Part shown: positions 1 to 12,200 of the stretch, one piece after another
Layout: every line of letters begins with the position of its first letter
How positions within the stretch are numbered: the first letter of the stretch is position 1
IMG/VR virus record: IMGVR_UViG_3300050336_000030
Source: a virus
Lineage: Duplodnaviria; Caudoviricetes
Direction: 5' to 3' (one strand)
Length of the DNA stretch: 64,000 nucleotides
Notes under the pieces: model-generated
The model's input: the letters and a program-made list of their open reading frames with translations, nothing else
What the model was told of the DNA's origin: nothing
Databases searched by the model: none
Position numbers and translations under genes: made by a program

Positions 1-282
1 AAATGCGAATAACTTAGATAAACAAAAAAGAATTAAATTCTAAGATTCGTAAAGCAGAAAAAGATAGAGATGAATATTATAAGAGGGCTATTAGTGCTGA
101 GAATATTATTAGCGAATACGAAACATACAAGTCTTATAATGACGGATTAGATGATTTTGATTTAAAAGTTGCAGCAAAAGAAGAATATGAAAAATATAAA
201 GTGAAACGCAATAATTCAAGATAGAATTGCCGTTTCATTTACAAAGAATAAATAAAACAAATATAAAAGGAGATTAAAAAGT

Positions 283-933
283 ATGAAAGGTTTAAATGAT
301 TATACAAATGAAGAATTATCAATGTTAACAGATTCTGAGATTGAAAATTTAATTGACGTAGAGTGTATGAAAGCCGGAGTTCCTTTATCTATTACACCAA
401 AGCCTACACTAAAAGAAGTACCTGAAATTAAAGATCCTACAACTGAAATTTTTCAGGTAGATAATTATTATTTTACTGATAGCAAAGAAGCTAATCAATT
501 AGCTACAATGTTATCTTCGATTACATCAAGAGTAACACTTGATTATAATTATAATTCTGGTAGTAGTAATTACAAGTACTATAAGAAATACGAAACTCCT
601 ACAGACATTAAAAAGACTAAATGCTATTCAAGAGAAGAATATAATGATTTAACAGATATTTTAAAGGCAAGAAAAGACATTGAAGATTATAATAGAAATA
701 TTACAAAAGAATATGAAGATGCTGTGTCGGAAAGAAGATATATTGTTGATTCTGTATGGGATGCTATTAGTGAAGCTCAGTATGAAATGAGAAAAATCAA
801 TGAAGCTCTTGATATTTTTAAGAAATATGTTGAATTGTCAGATGGAGACGAAGAAATCGCGAAGAAGTTCTTTAGTCAAAATGAAAAGGTTTCAGAATAT
901 ATGGATGATATATTAAAGAGGTATAGTAAATAA
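283..933 (+). CDS. hypothetical phage protein (216 aa)
   Basis: ORF with AAGGAG RBS; no recognised motif. Confidence 0.8.
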   Translation: MKGLNDYTNEELSMLTDSEIENLIDVECMKAGVPLSITPKPTLKEVPEIKDPTTEIFQVDNYYFTDSKEANQLATMLSSITSRVTLDYNYNSGSSNYKYYKKYETPTDIKKTKCYSREEYNDLTDILKARKDIEDYNRNITKEYEDAVSERRYIVDSVWDAISEAQYEMRKINEALDIFKKYVELSDGDEEIAKKFFSQNEKVSEYMDDILKRYSK

Positions 934-966
934 AATCGTCGAATTTATGAAGAAAGGAGAAATATT

Positions 967-1332
967 ATGAATGAGCAAGAATTAGAAGATGAAGTATTTA
1001 AATATTATGATACTCCGTTTATAAATAAGTGTAAAGATTTGTTACGGGAAATATCGGTTACTTTAAAGAATTTTGGATTTGTTGATAAATATTTTGAATA
1101 TAAAGAAGATAAGATTACTAAAGAAGAGTTAGAAAATTACTTTTATGATACACTAATTAAATTAGATGAATATAGAAGACATGATTTAAATGAATTGTCT
1201 AAAATGTTATCATCTTCAAATTGTGGATGGTATGAATATAAGATTGGTGAAATAATACATAATCAGTTAATAAAAATTTGGTTTTTAGATGAATTTAAAG
1301 ATAGTAATATGAAACAAATGCTTGACAAGTAA
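967..1332 (+). CDS. hypothetical protein
   Basis: ORF with GAAAGGAG RBS. Confidence 0.75.
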   Translation: MNEQELEDEVFKYYDTPFINKCKDLLREISVTLKNFGFVDKYFEYKEDKITKEELENYFYDTLIKLDEYRRHDLNELSKMLSSSNCGWYEYKIGEIIHNQLIKIWFLDEFKDSNMKQMLDK

Positions 1333-1378
1333 ATTCAAATGATGTATTATAATATTGTAAGTAATAGTTATATGAAAC
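1301..1378 (+). promoter_or_regulatory. sigma-A promoter flanked by two ATAGnnATATGAAAC boxes
   Basis: TTGACA 1322-1327, 17 bp, TATTAT 1345-1350; boxes at 1301-1315 and 1364-1378. Confidence 0.75.
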
Positions 1379-1403
1379 AGTAAAATGAAAGGTGGTGAGT
1401 ACA

Positions 1404-1562
1404 ATGAGTATGGAGCAACTTGACTGGCTGGATAGAAGAGGAGTCAACAATCCTGGCGAATATAAGTTAGTACGCCAAACAAAAACGCATGTTTATTTAA
1501 GACATCGACAATATGGATATGTAATTGAAAGAAAAAAAGATATGCCAAATTGGGTATTTTAA
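1404..1562 (+). CDS. small hypothetical protein (52 aa, not in ORF track)
   Basis: manual translation MSMEQLDWLDRRG...PNWVF*, RBS AAAGGTGGTGA. Confidence 0.65.
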   Translation: MSMEQLDWLDRRGVNNPGEYKLVRQTKTHVYLRHRQYGYVIERKKDMPNWVF

Positions 1563-1582
1563 GTAGAAAGGAGAAAATTACA

Positions 1583-1936
1583 ATGAAGATTTATTCATCA
1601 GATGGAAAAGAATTTGGAAAAGATAATATGACTATGGAAGAATTGGCGGATGCTTTTAAAAAATGTAGTACATATGAGGAAGAATTAAATAGTAAAAAAG
1701 CTAAAGCTGAAGCTGAAAAGAAAGAGAGGGAACAAAAGAAAAAGATTTTATATGAGCAGATTAAATCAGAGATGGATAAAATTAATAAATTGCTAGATGA
1801 ATATAAAAAATCTGATGGCAGACCTCTTTGGGTTGGATGTGATAATGGAAAAATTTATGTAGATGAATATATTTCTTGTTCAAGTCTAAATTATGATTGG
1901 GTGAAAAATTTTAGAGAAGCATTAGAAAGTTTATAA
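1583..1936 (+). CDS. hypothetical coiled-coil protein
   Basis: ATG at 1583 behind GAAAGGAG. Confidence 0.75.
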   Translation: MKIYSSDGKEFGKDNMTMEELADAFKKCSTYEEELNSKKAKAEAEKKEREQKKKILYEQIKSEMDKINKLLDEYKKSDGRPLWVGCDNGKIYVDEYISCSSLNYDWVKNFREALESL

Positions 1937-2015
1937 ATCAAGTTTTTTATTTAGAAATTATAGTAATAGTAATGTGAAACATAAAAATAATACATATTAA
2001 AGGAGAATAAAGAAT

Positions 2016-3263
2016 ATGGGTTTAACATTTGAAATGGTAGGAAAAATAAGTTTAGGAAAGGATACAGAAAAATTCCATCCTTATGAAGAAAAAACTTATG
2101 AAAAGTCTGGATGGTCAAACAAAACTATAAGATTCAATGTGACTAGTGGAGACAATAGACATCTTTTGCAAGTTAAAGCTGGTGCATTTGCTGATGGTCA
2201 TGGGGATGTTTATTCTTATACAAAAGGATATACTAACGAAAGTGGAACAAAGGTTAAAGGTGAATCCATTAAAATACCCTTTAAAGATAGATTGACATCA
2301 AAAAGATTGCCTGAGATTGCAGAATTTAAAAAGTTTGTATTTGATTTGGAGAAACCTAATAGAAGATACAAACTTGAAAAAGCTGCGGAAAAAGTTAAAG
2401 AAGGAACTAGTTTAACAGATGAAGAATTGAAAGATTTGGAAATTGAATCAGAAGATAATTTAATTACTGCTATTGAAAAAAGCAAAAAGAAACGTCATGA
2501 ATTTATTTCCGAATGGGATTTTGTTGAATTTATAAAAAAAGTAATTGATAGTGGAAAGTATTCTAATAATAAGTTTTTTATTAAAGGAAACGGAGATTAT
2601 TCTTATTCTGAAGATAAACAAAAGATTTATGAAAATTATATTCCAAATAGAATTTATCTTGCTTCCGATGATGCCGAAGAATATTCTCATGCAACTTTTA
2701 CCATTTTATTCAATCAAGATTCTTTTGATGAAATGTCTTTGGAAGAAAAAAATAAATATTATGTCAATGGTTGGATGATGGAATATGATCAAAATAGAAA
2801 ATCAAATATTCCAGTTCCCGTAACCGTCGTTATTAATAATGTTGATGAAACAGATAAAGATGCTGTAAAGAAATTAAATGCAACAAAGAGAAAATTTGTA
2901 GTTGAAGATGAAAAACTTTATGAGTATGGATGTGTAGTTAATATGCTCAATGGAGCACAAAAAACAGAAATTACAGATGATATGCTGACAGACGAACAAA
3001 GGGAAGATTTGGAATGTGGTCTTATTACAATGGATGATATTAGAGCAGAATTAGGAGGTTCTGTTTATGGTGATAGAATACAAGAATATCAGTTTTTAAA
3101 AGTTGCAAAAGGATGGAGTAAAGGAAGAAATGCAACAGTGTTTACTACTGACGATATGAGAATTAAGCCAATTGAAAGTAATGTGGATTCTGGCGAAGAA
3201 ATTGAAAATCTATTTGAAGAAGATAGTATTGATGAAGACGCGTCCGATGATGATGATTTATAA
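2016..3263 (+). CDS. putative ssDNA-binding replication protein (SPbeta YorF-like position)
   Basis: very acidic C-terminal tail; first gene of the replication module; function inferred. Confidence 0.55.
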   Translation: MGLTFEMVGKISLGKDTEKFHPYEEKTYEKSGWSNKTIRFNVTSGDNRHLLQVKAGAFADGHGDVYSYTKGYTNESGTKVKGESIKIPFKDRLTSKRLPEIAEFKKFVFDLEKPNRRYKLEKAAEKVKEGTSLTDEELKDLEIESEDNLITAIEKSKKKRHEFISEWDFVEFIKKVIDSGKYSNNKFFIKGNGDYSYSEDKQKIYENYIPNRIYLASDDAEEYSHATFTILFNQDSFDEMSLEEKNKYYVNGWMMEYDQNRKSNIPVPVTVVINNVDETDKDAVKKLNATKRKFVVEDEKLYEYGCVVNMLNGAQKTEITDDMLTDEQREDLECGLITMDDIRAELGGSVYGDRIQEYQFLKVAKGWSKGRNATVFTTDDMRIKPIESNVDSGEEIENLFEEDSIDEDASDDDDL

Positions 3264-3339
3264 AATTTAGTTGAGCGAAAGCTATTTCAAATAGATAATT
3301 AATTTTTAGTTGTTAAACAAAAAGGAGGATTATTGTATT

Positions 3340-4497
3340 ATGGCTAATTATGGTAAGAAAAATAAAGTAAAAGATGGACTTGAAAACTATTCAGTAGCTC
3401 TTTTTGGTGAAAGTGGAATTGGTAAAACTACACTGATGTATGAAGTTTGCGAGAAATTATTCGGTTCAGATGGATATATGATATTCAATGCAGGTAAAGA
3501 ACAGGGTATTGATTGTTTGGAAGATGCATCATATGAAGATATTGAAAATTTCAAAAAATTTGACGCTGTTGTTTCTGATATTATAAAAAATAAAAAATCT
3601 GATTATCCAGATTTAAAAGTAGTTGTATTAGATACTCTAGATCAAATCATTGAAATTGTTGAACCTGAAATAGTAAGACGTTATAATTCTGAAAACCTAG
3701 GAGTAAAAGATTTTAAACCAGCAAAAACAATCAATGGAGCTTATGGCGGTTTTCAAAATGGTCAAGATGAATGTATTAAATTAATCTTGAATAAAATATG
3801 GGATTTACAAAGTGTTGGAGTGCGAGTTTGGTACACTGGACACGTTAAGACAAAAGAGTCAATTGATCCTTATACAAACATGTCGTTTACATCTTTGTCA
3901 ACAAATATTTCTAACAAGTATTTAAATGGATTTAAGACAAAAATTCATGCATTAGGAATTGCTTGTATTGACAGAACAATTGAAACAGAAGATACAGGAA
4001 GAGAAAACATTGTTACCCACAAGAAAATTACAGTAAATAAAGTAAAAGCGGAGAAAAGGAAAATAGTCTTTAGAGACGATAATTATTCAGTCGATAGTAA
4101 GTCAAGACTTGCTGATATTGTAGACGAAATATCTATGGATTCTGATGCATTTATTAAGGCAATTGAAAATGCTATTGAATCAGCAAAAAATAAAAAAGTA
4201 GTAAGTAAATCAAATACGTCTAAAAAGAAGTCAAATAAAACTTATGATGAAGAATTAAGTGATGATAAAGAGAATTTAGATGATATTGAAAATACTAATG
4301 ATATTGATGACGTATTACTTGATTCAGAGAACAGTAATTATCCAGAAGATTTAGTTGAAGAAACAAGAGCACTATTTCAAAAATGCAAAGACAATGTGCT
4401 AAAAACTGAAGTAAGAGAAACAGTTAAATCGTTTGGTAAATTTACCGACGTTCCAGAAAATGAACTAAAATCATTATACGACAAATTGTCTAAGTAA
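3340..4497 (+). CDS. AAA_24 / Sak4-like ATPase (recombination/annealing)
   Basis: Walker A GESGIGKT, Walker B VVLDTLD; start moved to ATG behind AGGAGG. Confidence 0.75.
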   Translation: MANYGKKNKVKDGLENYSVALFGESGIGKTTLMYEVCEKLFGSDGYMIFNAGKEQGIDCLEDASYEDIENFKKFDAVVSDIIKNKKSDYPDLKVVVLDTLDQIIEIVEPEIVRRYNSENLGVKDFKPAKTINGAYGGFQNGQDECIKLILNKIWDLQSVGVRVWYTGHVKTKESIDPYTNMSFTSLSTNISNKYLNGFKTKIHALGIACIDRTIETEDTGRENIVTHKKITVNKVKAEKRKIVFRDDNYSVDSKSRLADIVDEISMDSDAFIKAIENAIESAKNKKVVSKSNTSKKKSNKTYDEELSDDKENLDDIENTNDIDDVLLDSENSNYPEDLVEETRALFQKCKDNVLKTEVRETVKSFGKFTDVPENELKSLYDKLSK

Positions 4498-4506
4498 TAC
4501 ATATTA

Positions 4507-4538
4507 ACTACTAAAGGGTTCAATCCCCTTTAGTAGTA
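4507..4538 (+). terminator. stem-loop after the ATPase gene
   Basis: ACTACTAAAGGG...CCCTTTAGTAGT inverted repeat. Confidence 0.55.
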
Positions 4539-4542
4539 TTAG

Positions 4543-5028
4543 GTGGTGATAATAATATTAGTAAAATGTAAATCATGTGGAAATAAAATAGAAAAAGATA
4601 AAGCATATAAGGTTACTGTGTCAGGCAAAAACTCTTATTATTGTAATAAACAGGAATATGAAACAATAGTTAAAAATAGAGAATTAAAAAATAATACATA
4701 TGAAATAATTTATCAAATATTTCAACGTGAAGTAACAAATACAGCTTTATTTAAAGAAATTAATTCCCTCGTTGAAGTTTATGGATATGAAAAAATTTAT
4801 TTGTATCTGATAGATAATAAGGAATATTTAATAAGTGTTTTACAAAAGTCTTTCCAAAATGAATATTCAAAAATTCGATATTTCTCAGCTATTTTAAGAA
4901 ATTCGTTAAGTGATTATTCGATACCCGAAAAAAAAGAAGAAAAAGTAATTGAAATTGAGTTTGTAAATATGGATAAGCAAACAATCAGGAAAAGAAGAAT
5001 ATTAGCAGATATGGAGGATGATTTATAA
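4543..5028 (+). CDS. Zn-finger replication protein, possible helicase loader (YorH-like position)
   Basis: N-terminal CxxC...YC; directly upstream of the helicase. Confidence 0.55.
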   Translation: MVIIILVKCKSCGNKIEKDKAYKVTVSGKNSYYCNKQEYETIVKNRELKNNTYEIIYQIFQREVTNTALFKEINSLVEVYGYEKIYLYLIDNKEYLISVLQKSFQNEYSKIRYFSAILRNSLSDYSIPEKKEEKVIEIEFVNMDKQTIRKRRILADMEDDL

Positions 5029-6580
5029 TATGAAAGTATTTTTAACAGGTGTTGAAGAAAAATACCATCCTCAACTATTAAAAGGTAGACTTGAAATTGA
5101 AGGTAATGTAATTAGCTGTTTTATGAAAGATATGCTTTTACTTGATGAAACAAAATTAGAAAGCGAAAGTTTTTTAACATTAGATGGTTTATTTTATTTT
5201 TCTCTTTTAAAGAATTTGAGAAAAAAAGGTTTTTATTCTTTAGATGAAATTACAATATTAAGTAATTCACCAGAAGATGTTATCGAACGATTTGAATCGT
5301 GTGGTGGATGGGAAACAATTCAACACCAAATAGATATTATTAATGAAAAGAATTTTGATACATATCTTGATATTTTATATCGTGAAAATATATTGATTCA
5401 CATGCATGATGATGGATTCAACTTATTGAAAGAAATAAAAATCAATAATAAAAAAGTCTCTCCTTTAAAACTTTTGAGAAAATTAACAGCAGAAGAGGTA
5501 GTGGATTGGTACTCTGCTAGAATAGAAACATATGATTGTGGACAGTCCAGTAGTATTTTAGAAGAAGAAGAAATTGATTTTGATGACAAATTCATTGAAT
5601 CATGTTCAGATGGTGAAGAAAATGGTATTGATTTTGGTAAAGCCGGAGATGATATAAATTTAGAAGAAATAAATTGTTTCCCATTCTTGTCGAGTCAAAT
5701 TAATGGCTTATTGCCAGGAACATTTACAATGATGGGTGGATTTTCATCAACAGGTAAGTCTACATGGTGGATAACTGTAATCGCAGCACTATTATATAGA
5801 GAAAGAAAAGTTTTAATAATTACAAATGAAGAAAACGTAAAGAAATTTAAGATGAAAATTCTTGTTTGGATACTTGGAAAATACTGTAGATATTATAAGT
5901 TAACAAAGAAAAAACTCATGAGTGGCAACATTACAGATGAGGATAGAGAATATATAGCAATTGCAAAAAAATATTGGCAAGAAAATTACAAGGGTAATTT
6001 AAAAGTTATTTCAACAAACACATCAAATTTATCAATATACAAGAAAAAGATAAGAGAAAATGTATTAAGATATGGCTATGATACGGTTTTAATCGACACA
6101 TTCAAACTTCAAGAAAATGATTTTAAAGGTCAGAGGCAAGACTTAGCCCTAGTAAGAGATAGTAGAGAACTTGATAAGATTGCAAAAAAATATAATTTAA
6201 TTATGCTTGGTTCTGTTCAATTATTGGAAAGTATGAAAGGCAAATTGTTTCTCGATTCATCAGTATTGGTAAATAGCAAACAAATAAAGGAAGTTCTTGA
6301 AAATTTATTTTTTATGAGGAATGTATATGAAGAAGAATTAGATCCTAAGAGTAAGTATTTTTGTAATCCGTTTCAGTTAAAAAAAGTACAGGATAAATGG
6401 ATTGAAGAAGAATATCATCCAGATAGAAATGCAGTTTGGCGTATGGTGTTTGTTGAAAAATGTAGGTCTGGAGCAAATTCATCTGATACAGGTATATGTT
6501 ATATGCTTAAATTTTCTGGTGATTATGCAATATTTAGAGAAACTTGTCAGTGTAGACCAAAGCATGGAGAAATAAAATAG
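5018..6580 (+). CDS. dnaB: DnaB-like replicative helicase
   Basis: Walker A GGFSSTGKS, Walker B VLIDT, C-terminal VEKCR motif. Confidence 0.85.
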   Translation: MIYNMKVFLTGVEEKYHPQLLKGRLEIEGNVISCFMKDMLLLDETKLESESFLTLDGLFYFSLLKNLRKKGFYSLDEITILSNSPEDVIERFESCGGWETIQHQIDIINEKNFDTYLDILYRENILIHMHDDGFNLLKEIKINNKKVSPLKLLRKLTAEEVVDWYSARIETYDCGQSSSILEEEEIDFDDKFIESCSDGEENGIDFGKAGDDINLEEINCFPFLSSQINGLLPGTFTMMGGFSSTGKSTWWITVIAALLYRERKVLIITNEENVKKFKMKILVWILGKYCRYYKLTKKKLMSGNITDEDREYIAIAKKYWQENYKGNLKVISTNTSNLSIYKKKIRENVLRYGYDTVLIDTFKLQENDFKGQRQDLALVRDSRELDKIAKKYNLIMLGSVQLLESMKGKLFLDSSVLVNSKQIKEVLENLFFMRNVYEEELDPKSKYFCNPFQLKKVQDKWIEEEYHPDRNAVWRMVFVEKCRSGANSSDTGICYMLKFSGDYAIFRETCQCRPKHGEIK

Positions 6581-6592
6581 AGTAGGTGAAAT

Positions 6593-7606
6593 ATGCTCGA
6601 AGATATTAAGAGAGAACTGATTAATAAGCCTGAAAAACTGAAATCTTTATTAGAATATTATTGTTATGAAAATATAAAAATCAGAGATAAATATATTCAA
6701 TTTGGTAGAGATGAGTACTCATCACAAAAATCAATAACTATTAAACTTGATGATAATCCATATCTTTATGTTAAAGATTGGGCAAGAAATATATCGCAAG
6801 ATTTAATAAATTATATTATAGAACAACGAAAAGTTGAATTTATAGATGTTATGAATTCAATTAAAACCATTCTTGGCATAATTGATTATTATAACCACTA
6901 TGAAGAAAGAGGAATATTTGGTGGAATTTATAACAACATAAGAAAAATTAAAGAAAACAAATTGAATACATATAATAATAATTTTTTAAATTCATATAAC
7001 AGAATAGGAAATTTGCGATTTCTTCGGGACAATATTTCACTTGAAACTCAAAAATATTTTGAAATTGGATATGATATTGAAACACAAGGAATTACAATTC
7101 CAATTCGTAGTCAACTTGGAGAATTAATTGGCGTAAAGATAAGAGTTAATTATGATGTAGAAGATGGAGAACAAAAGTATTATTATTTGTTGCCATGCGC
7201 AATGAGTAAAACATTGTTTGGCTATTCACAAAATTATAAGTACTTAGTTGGTAATACAATATACATATTTGAAAGCGAAAAATCGGTAATGCAATGTTAT
7301 TCATATGGAATTAGAAATTGTGTTGCATTGGGGAGTGGAAGTATTAGTAATCAGCAAGTAAAAATGATATTAGAATTAAATCCTAAAAGTGTTATTTTTA
7401 TGCATGATTATGGATATGAGTTTGAGAATATTATTGCAAATATTAATAAACTGAAAAGATATTCAAGGTTTAATGATTTTGACATAGGCTATTGGGATTG
7501 GAAAATAAGGAAATTTGATAAAAAATATTCTCCATCTGATTTAGGAAAAGATATTTTGATAAAAATTATTGAAAATGAAATAAAAATATATAATGGAAAG
7601 GAGTAG
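6593..7606 (+). CDS. DNA primase (TOPRIM)
   Basis: ITIPIR..G, LFG, IFESEKS TOPRIM glutamate; follows the helicase. Confidence 0.8.
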   Translation: MLEDIKRELINKPEKLKSLLEYYCYENIKIRDKYIQFGRDEYSSQKSITIKLDDNPYLYVKDWARNISQDLINYIIEQRKVEFIDVMNSIKTILGIIDYYNHYEERGIFGGIYNNIRKIKENKLNTYNNNFLNSYNRIGNLRFLRDNISLETQKYFEIGYDIETQGITIPIRSQLGELIGVKIRVNYDVEDGEQKYYYLLPCAMSKTLFGYSQNYKYLVGNTIYIFESEKSVMQCYSYGIRNCVALGSGSISNQQVKMILELNPKSVIFMHDYGYEFENIIANINKLKRYSRFNDFDIGYWDWKIRKFDKKYSPSDLGKDILIKIIENEIKIYNGKE

Positions 7607-7646
7607 GAGTAATAAATAGTTAAGTGTTTATTACTCTTATTATAAA

Positions 7647-9260
7647 ATGCATAAACATTTTAAGATTTTAAATGATTGTAGAGGATTTAAATCAGAGGAT
7701 ATTTTTGATATTATCTTAAAGCAAAGGGAAATTGATGATATAAACGAATTTCTATATCCATCAGAAAACAATTTATTACCTTTGGATTCTCTCTTAAATA
7801 TTGATAAAGCATATGAGTTAATAATTAAACATATGAATCATAAAAATATTATTGGTATACTATGGGATACTGATACTGATGGAATTGCATCCGGCACAAT
7901 TATGACGAGATATTTGAAAAATTTTATAGATAACGATAATATAAAGTGTTTCATCAATGAAGGAAAAGCTCACGGATTAATAGATCAAGATATAGATAAA
8001 TTTATTGGATTGGATTTATTAATAATTGTAGATAGCTTAGACAAAGATATTTCTCAATATAAAAAATTAACAGAAAGTGGAATAGAAATAATTGTTTTAG
8101 ACCATCATGTTGTAAATAAGGAAATAACTTATGATGAATATATAACACTTATAACTTCTCAAATAAATTATGAAAATCCTCAATTATCCGGTTCAGGGGT
8201 TGTATGGAAGTTTTGTAAGTATATAGATGAACAAGAATTAACTGAATATGCTGATGATTTAGTTGATTTAGCAGCCTGTGGTTTAATTGGAGATATGATG
8301 GATATGTCTGTTATGGAGAATAGATTTATTGTTAATCAAGGACTAAATAATCTAATTAATCCAGCAATAAAAAAAATATTGAGTGGATATGAGTTTAATT
8401 CAACTGCTATCGCGTTCAGTATAGCTCCTTTAATCAATGCCGCTAATAGAATGTTTGAAAATGAATCCGCTATGAAATTATTTTTAGCAGACGATAATAA
8501 AGATGTTTTAAAGTACAAAAAAGAGTTAATTAGTTGTAAAGAAGCACAAAATGAGGAAGTTGCAAGGATTATGCCTTTAATAATGGAGCAATCTGAAAAT
8601 CAAACAAATAAGACAATGATTGTAACTCAAATCGAAACACCTTATGGAATTAGTGGATTAATTGGAAATAAATTATTGGAAATATATAAAAAGCCAATTT
8701 TAGTATTAAAAGATTGCAAAAATAAATTTTCTGGATCGATGAGAGCAGTTGGTATAGATGATTTTAGAAAAATTTGCAACGAAAGTAAACTGGCAGAAGC
8801 CAATGGACATGAATTAGCAAGTGGTATAGAAATTGTTAAAGATAATTTTAATAAATTTATTGATTATATTGATGCAGAACTATCAGATATAGAATTCACT
8901 GAACAAGATACATTAGTAGATATACAAATTAATATTGAAGATATAACAAGAGAATTGGTAGAAAAAATTAAATTAATTGATAGAATATCTGGAACTTCAT
9001 TTAAACCAATTAGATTCTACATAAGTAATATTAAACAATATGAGATAAGTAATTTTAGTAATTATAAGCATTTAGTTATTAAGCCACAGGATAATATTTA
9101 TGTGATTGAATGGAACACAGATAAAAACTTCGAAGAGATGGAGGATCATTCTCTATGTGAAGATAGAATTTCATGTATTTGTACATTAGATAATGGATTT
9201 TTTGGAAGAAATTTTGTATTAAAAGCAATATGCGACGAAATATGGACGGAGGATGAATAA
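7647..9260 (+). CDS. recJ: RecJ-like ssDNA exonuclease (DHH)
   Basis: DTDTDG, LDHH, INAANR, SGSMR, GHELASG motifs. Confidence 0.9.
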   Translation: MHKHFKILNDCRGFKSEDIFDIILKQREIDDINEFLYPSENNLLPLDSLLNIDKAYELIIKHMNHKNIIGILWDTDTDGIASGTIMTRYLKNFIDNDNIKCFINEGKAHGLIDQDIDKFIGLDLLIIVDSLDKDISQYKKLTESGIEIIVLDHHVVNKEITYDEYITLITSQINYENPQLSGSGVVWKFCKYIDEQELTEYADDLVDLAACGLIGDMMDMSVMENRFIVNQGLNNLINPAIKKILSGYEFNSTAIAFSIAPLINAANRMFENESAMKLFLADDNKDVLKYKKELISCKEAQNEEVARIMPLIMEQSENQTNKTMIVTQIETPYGISGLIGNKLLEIYKKPILVLKDCKNKFSGSMRAVGIDDFRKICNESKLAEANGHELASGIEIVKDNFNKFIDYIDAELSDIEFTEQDTLVDIQINIEDITRELVEKIKLIDRISGTSFKPIRFYISNIKQYEISNFSNYKHLVIKPQDNIYVIEWNTDKNFEEMEDHSLCEDRISCICTLDNGFFGRNFVLKAICDEIWTEDE

Positions 9261-12200
9261 TGTACGAAACTTTGATTAAAATGATAATTCCAAAATTAAA
9301 ATTTAAATTTCCTTATTCATTTGATGATTATTGCAATAACTTATATTTTGAAGATTATCATTGCCATAAGGCATTTTCAAATGTATATACTGCTGATAGT
9401 GGAGAATTAGTAAGTGCTTATGTTGACAGAATAAAAGAGTTAAATGCTAAATGTTTATTCTCAGGGGAGCATGGATCACAAGGCAATCAATTCGAAATTT
9501 ATACTATAGCAGAAAAGGAAAAATTAAAATATAGACATTCAACCGAAGCATATTGGGTAAAAAATAGACATGAAAAAGATAAAACAAATTGTCATATGGT
9601 TATAGTCGCAAAGAATAAACAGGGAAGAGAAGATATTAATTATGTTTTATCAATGGCAAATATTGATGGTTATTATTATAGACCAAGAATTGATTTAAAT
9701 TTATTATTTGATATACCTAAAGACAACGTAATTGTGACATCTGCTTGTATTGCCGGATGGGGTTATAAAGACGCAGACGATATTTGGATTAAAATACATA
9801 ATTATTTTGGAAATAATTTTTTCTTTGAGTTACAAGCAAATAATACGCCAAAGCAGATTGAGCTAAATAAGTATATTCTAGAACTATCTGAAAAATACAA
9901 TATACAAATTATTGCGGGATTGGATAGTCATTATATTAGCGATTCTGGAAATATAAAACGAGAACAAATTTTAAAATATAAAAAAGTTTCATATCCAGAA
10001 GAAGAAGGATGGTATATGGACTATCCAGATGTTCATACTTTGATACATAGATTTAAAGAACAGGGAGTATTAAATGAAGAACAAATTTTAACATCAATTA
10101 TGAATACAAATGTATTTGTGGAAGAATGTGAAGAAATTGTTCTTGATAAATCATTCAAAATTCCAAATATTTATAAAGGAAAATCATATGATGAGAGAGT
10201 AAAAATATACCATAAAATTTTAAATGAAAATTATGCTAAAGAAAGTCTTAAATCAAAAGCAAAGGCTGATGGAATAAGATATGAAGCAAATGAAGTTACT
10301 GAGTCTGGAGTAGTTGATTATTTTTTAGATAATTATAAGCTTGTTGATTTGGCTGTAAATAAATATGGTGGAATACTAACTACTACTTCAAGAGGAAGTG
10401 CTGCATCTTTTGTAACAAATAGATTATTAGGCTTTACAACTGTCGATAGATTTAATTCAGATATACCAATTTATCCTGAAAGATTTTTAACGAAAGAAAG
10501 AGTTATGGCTGGTCAAATGCCAGATATCGATTTAAATGTTGCCACTCAGGAACCGTTTGAAAAAGCAGGAAAGGAGTTATTTGGTGAAAATGGATGTTAT
10601 CCATTAATGGCAGTCGGAGTTCTGAAAGAGAAATCAGCATGGGCATTATATGCCGGAGCAAACGGAGTATCTTCGCAAGATTCTTTAAAGATTTCAAAAT
10701 ATCTTGATGAATACAATAAAGCACTTAAATATGCTGAAGAAGATGAAAAAGAATTTATTCAAGCAGAAGATTTTATTCCTGATGAATATATAGAGCTATA
10801 TAATAAGAGTAAAGAATATCAGAGCATAACTATTAATTTAACAAAACATGCTTGTGGGTATATTCTTTTAGATGGAGATATCAGAAGAGAAATTGGATTA
10901 ATTAGTGCAATTTCTGAAACAACAGGAGAAAGAACTCTCGTAGCTTGTGTTGAGGGTAAATATCTTGATGATTTTGGATATGTAAAAGATGATTTTCTTA
11001 TAGTTGATAGCGTACATTTAACATACAAACTTTTTAAAAGTATTGGAATGGATGTTCCTAGTTTCGAAGAATTAAAAACAATGATTGCGAATGATAAAAA
11101 GACTTGGGAAATTTATGAAAAAGGAATTACTTGTTGTGTTAACCAGTGTGAACAGCCAAAAACAATATATAAAGTTATGAAATATAAGCCTAAATCCTTG
11201 GCTGAGCTATCGGCATTTATAGCTGCTATTCGGCCAGGTTTTGCATCTTCATTAAAAACATTTTTGGGTAGAGAATCATATTCTACAGGAGAAAAATTAA
11301 TAGATGAATTATTAAAAGATACTTCTCATTTTATGTTATATCAAGAATCTATAATGAAAGTATTGTCGTTTCTTGATATGAAAATGAATGATACATATGG
11401 CGTTATCAAAGCAATCTCTAAAAAAAAATATAAAGATCATCCAGAAAAACTTGCAGAGTTAAAAGAAGGATTATTGGAAGCGTGGAAAACAAAGATATCT
11501 AATATTAATAATTTTGAGACAGTATGGAAGATTATTGAAGATTCAGCATTCTATGCTTTTAATTCTCCACATGCGTATAGTATGGGAGGAGATAGTGCTT
11601 ATCAAGCATGGTTTAAAGCTAATTATACTATGATTTTTTATGAAGTAGCAATTAATCATTATCAAGAAAAAGAAAAGAAAAATAAAATTGATGCACTTAT
11701 TAAAGAATGTATAAAATTTTATGGGTTAAAATTAGGTGGATATAAGTTTGGAAAAGATAATAGAAAAGTTACCATAGATAATGAAGAAATGACTATATAT
11801 CCTAATTTATCAAGTGTAAAAAATTTTGGAGAAAAAGTTGTCACTGAACTTTATGAAATAGGTAAAAGAAAATATGATAATTTTATTGAAATATTAAAAG
11901 TAATATCAGAAACATCAATAAATAGTTCAAGAGTTGAAGATTTAATTAAAATAGGATATTTTAGTGAATTTGGAGACGTTAATAAGCTTCTGACTATAAA
12001 GAAATATTATGAATTAATTTATAATGCAAAAGTATTAAAAAAAGACAAAATTAAAGAGAATAGTTTGAACGAATCTATAATTGCTAAATATGGCCATGAA
12101 ACAGCTTCTCAATATAATCAATTAGATAATGTTAAAATATTAAATGAGTTAATATATAATATTGAATATAAACCATTATCTATTAAAGAGAAATTAGATA

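Noticed and set aside
1-224. Partial CDS at the window start
   Set aside because: The frame ending at 224 has a stop at 15-17; this may be a homopolymer frameshift but cannot be resolved without upstream sequence.
930-948. Boundary palindrome with a 7-bp spacer
   Set aside because: Right position but does not fit the N6 spacing cleanly, so it was not counted.
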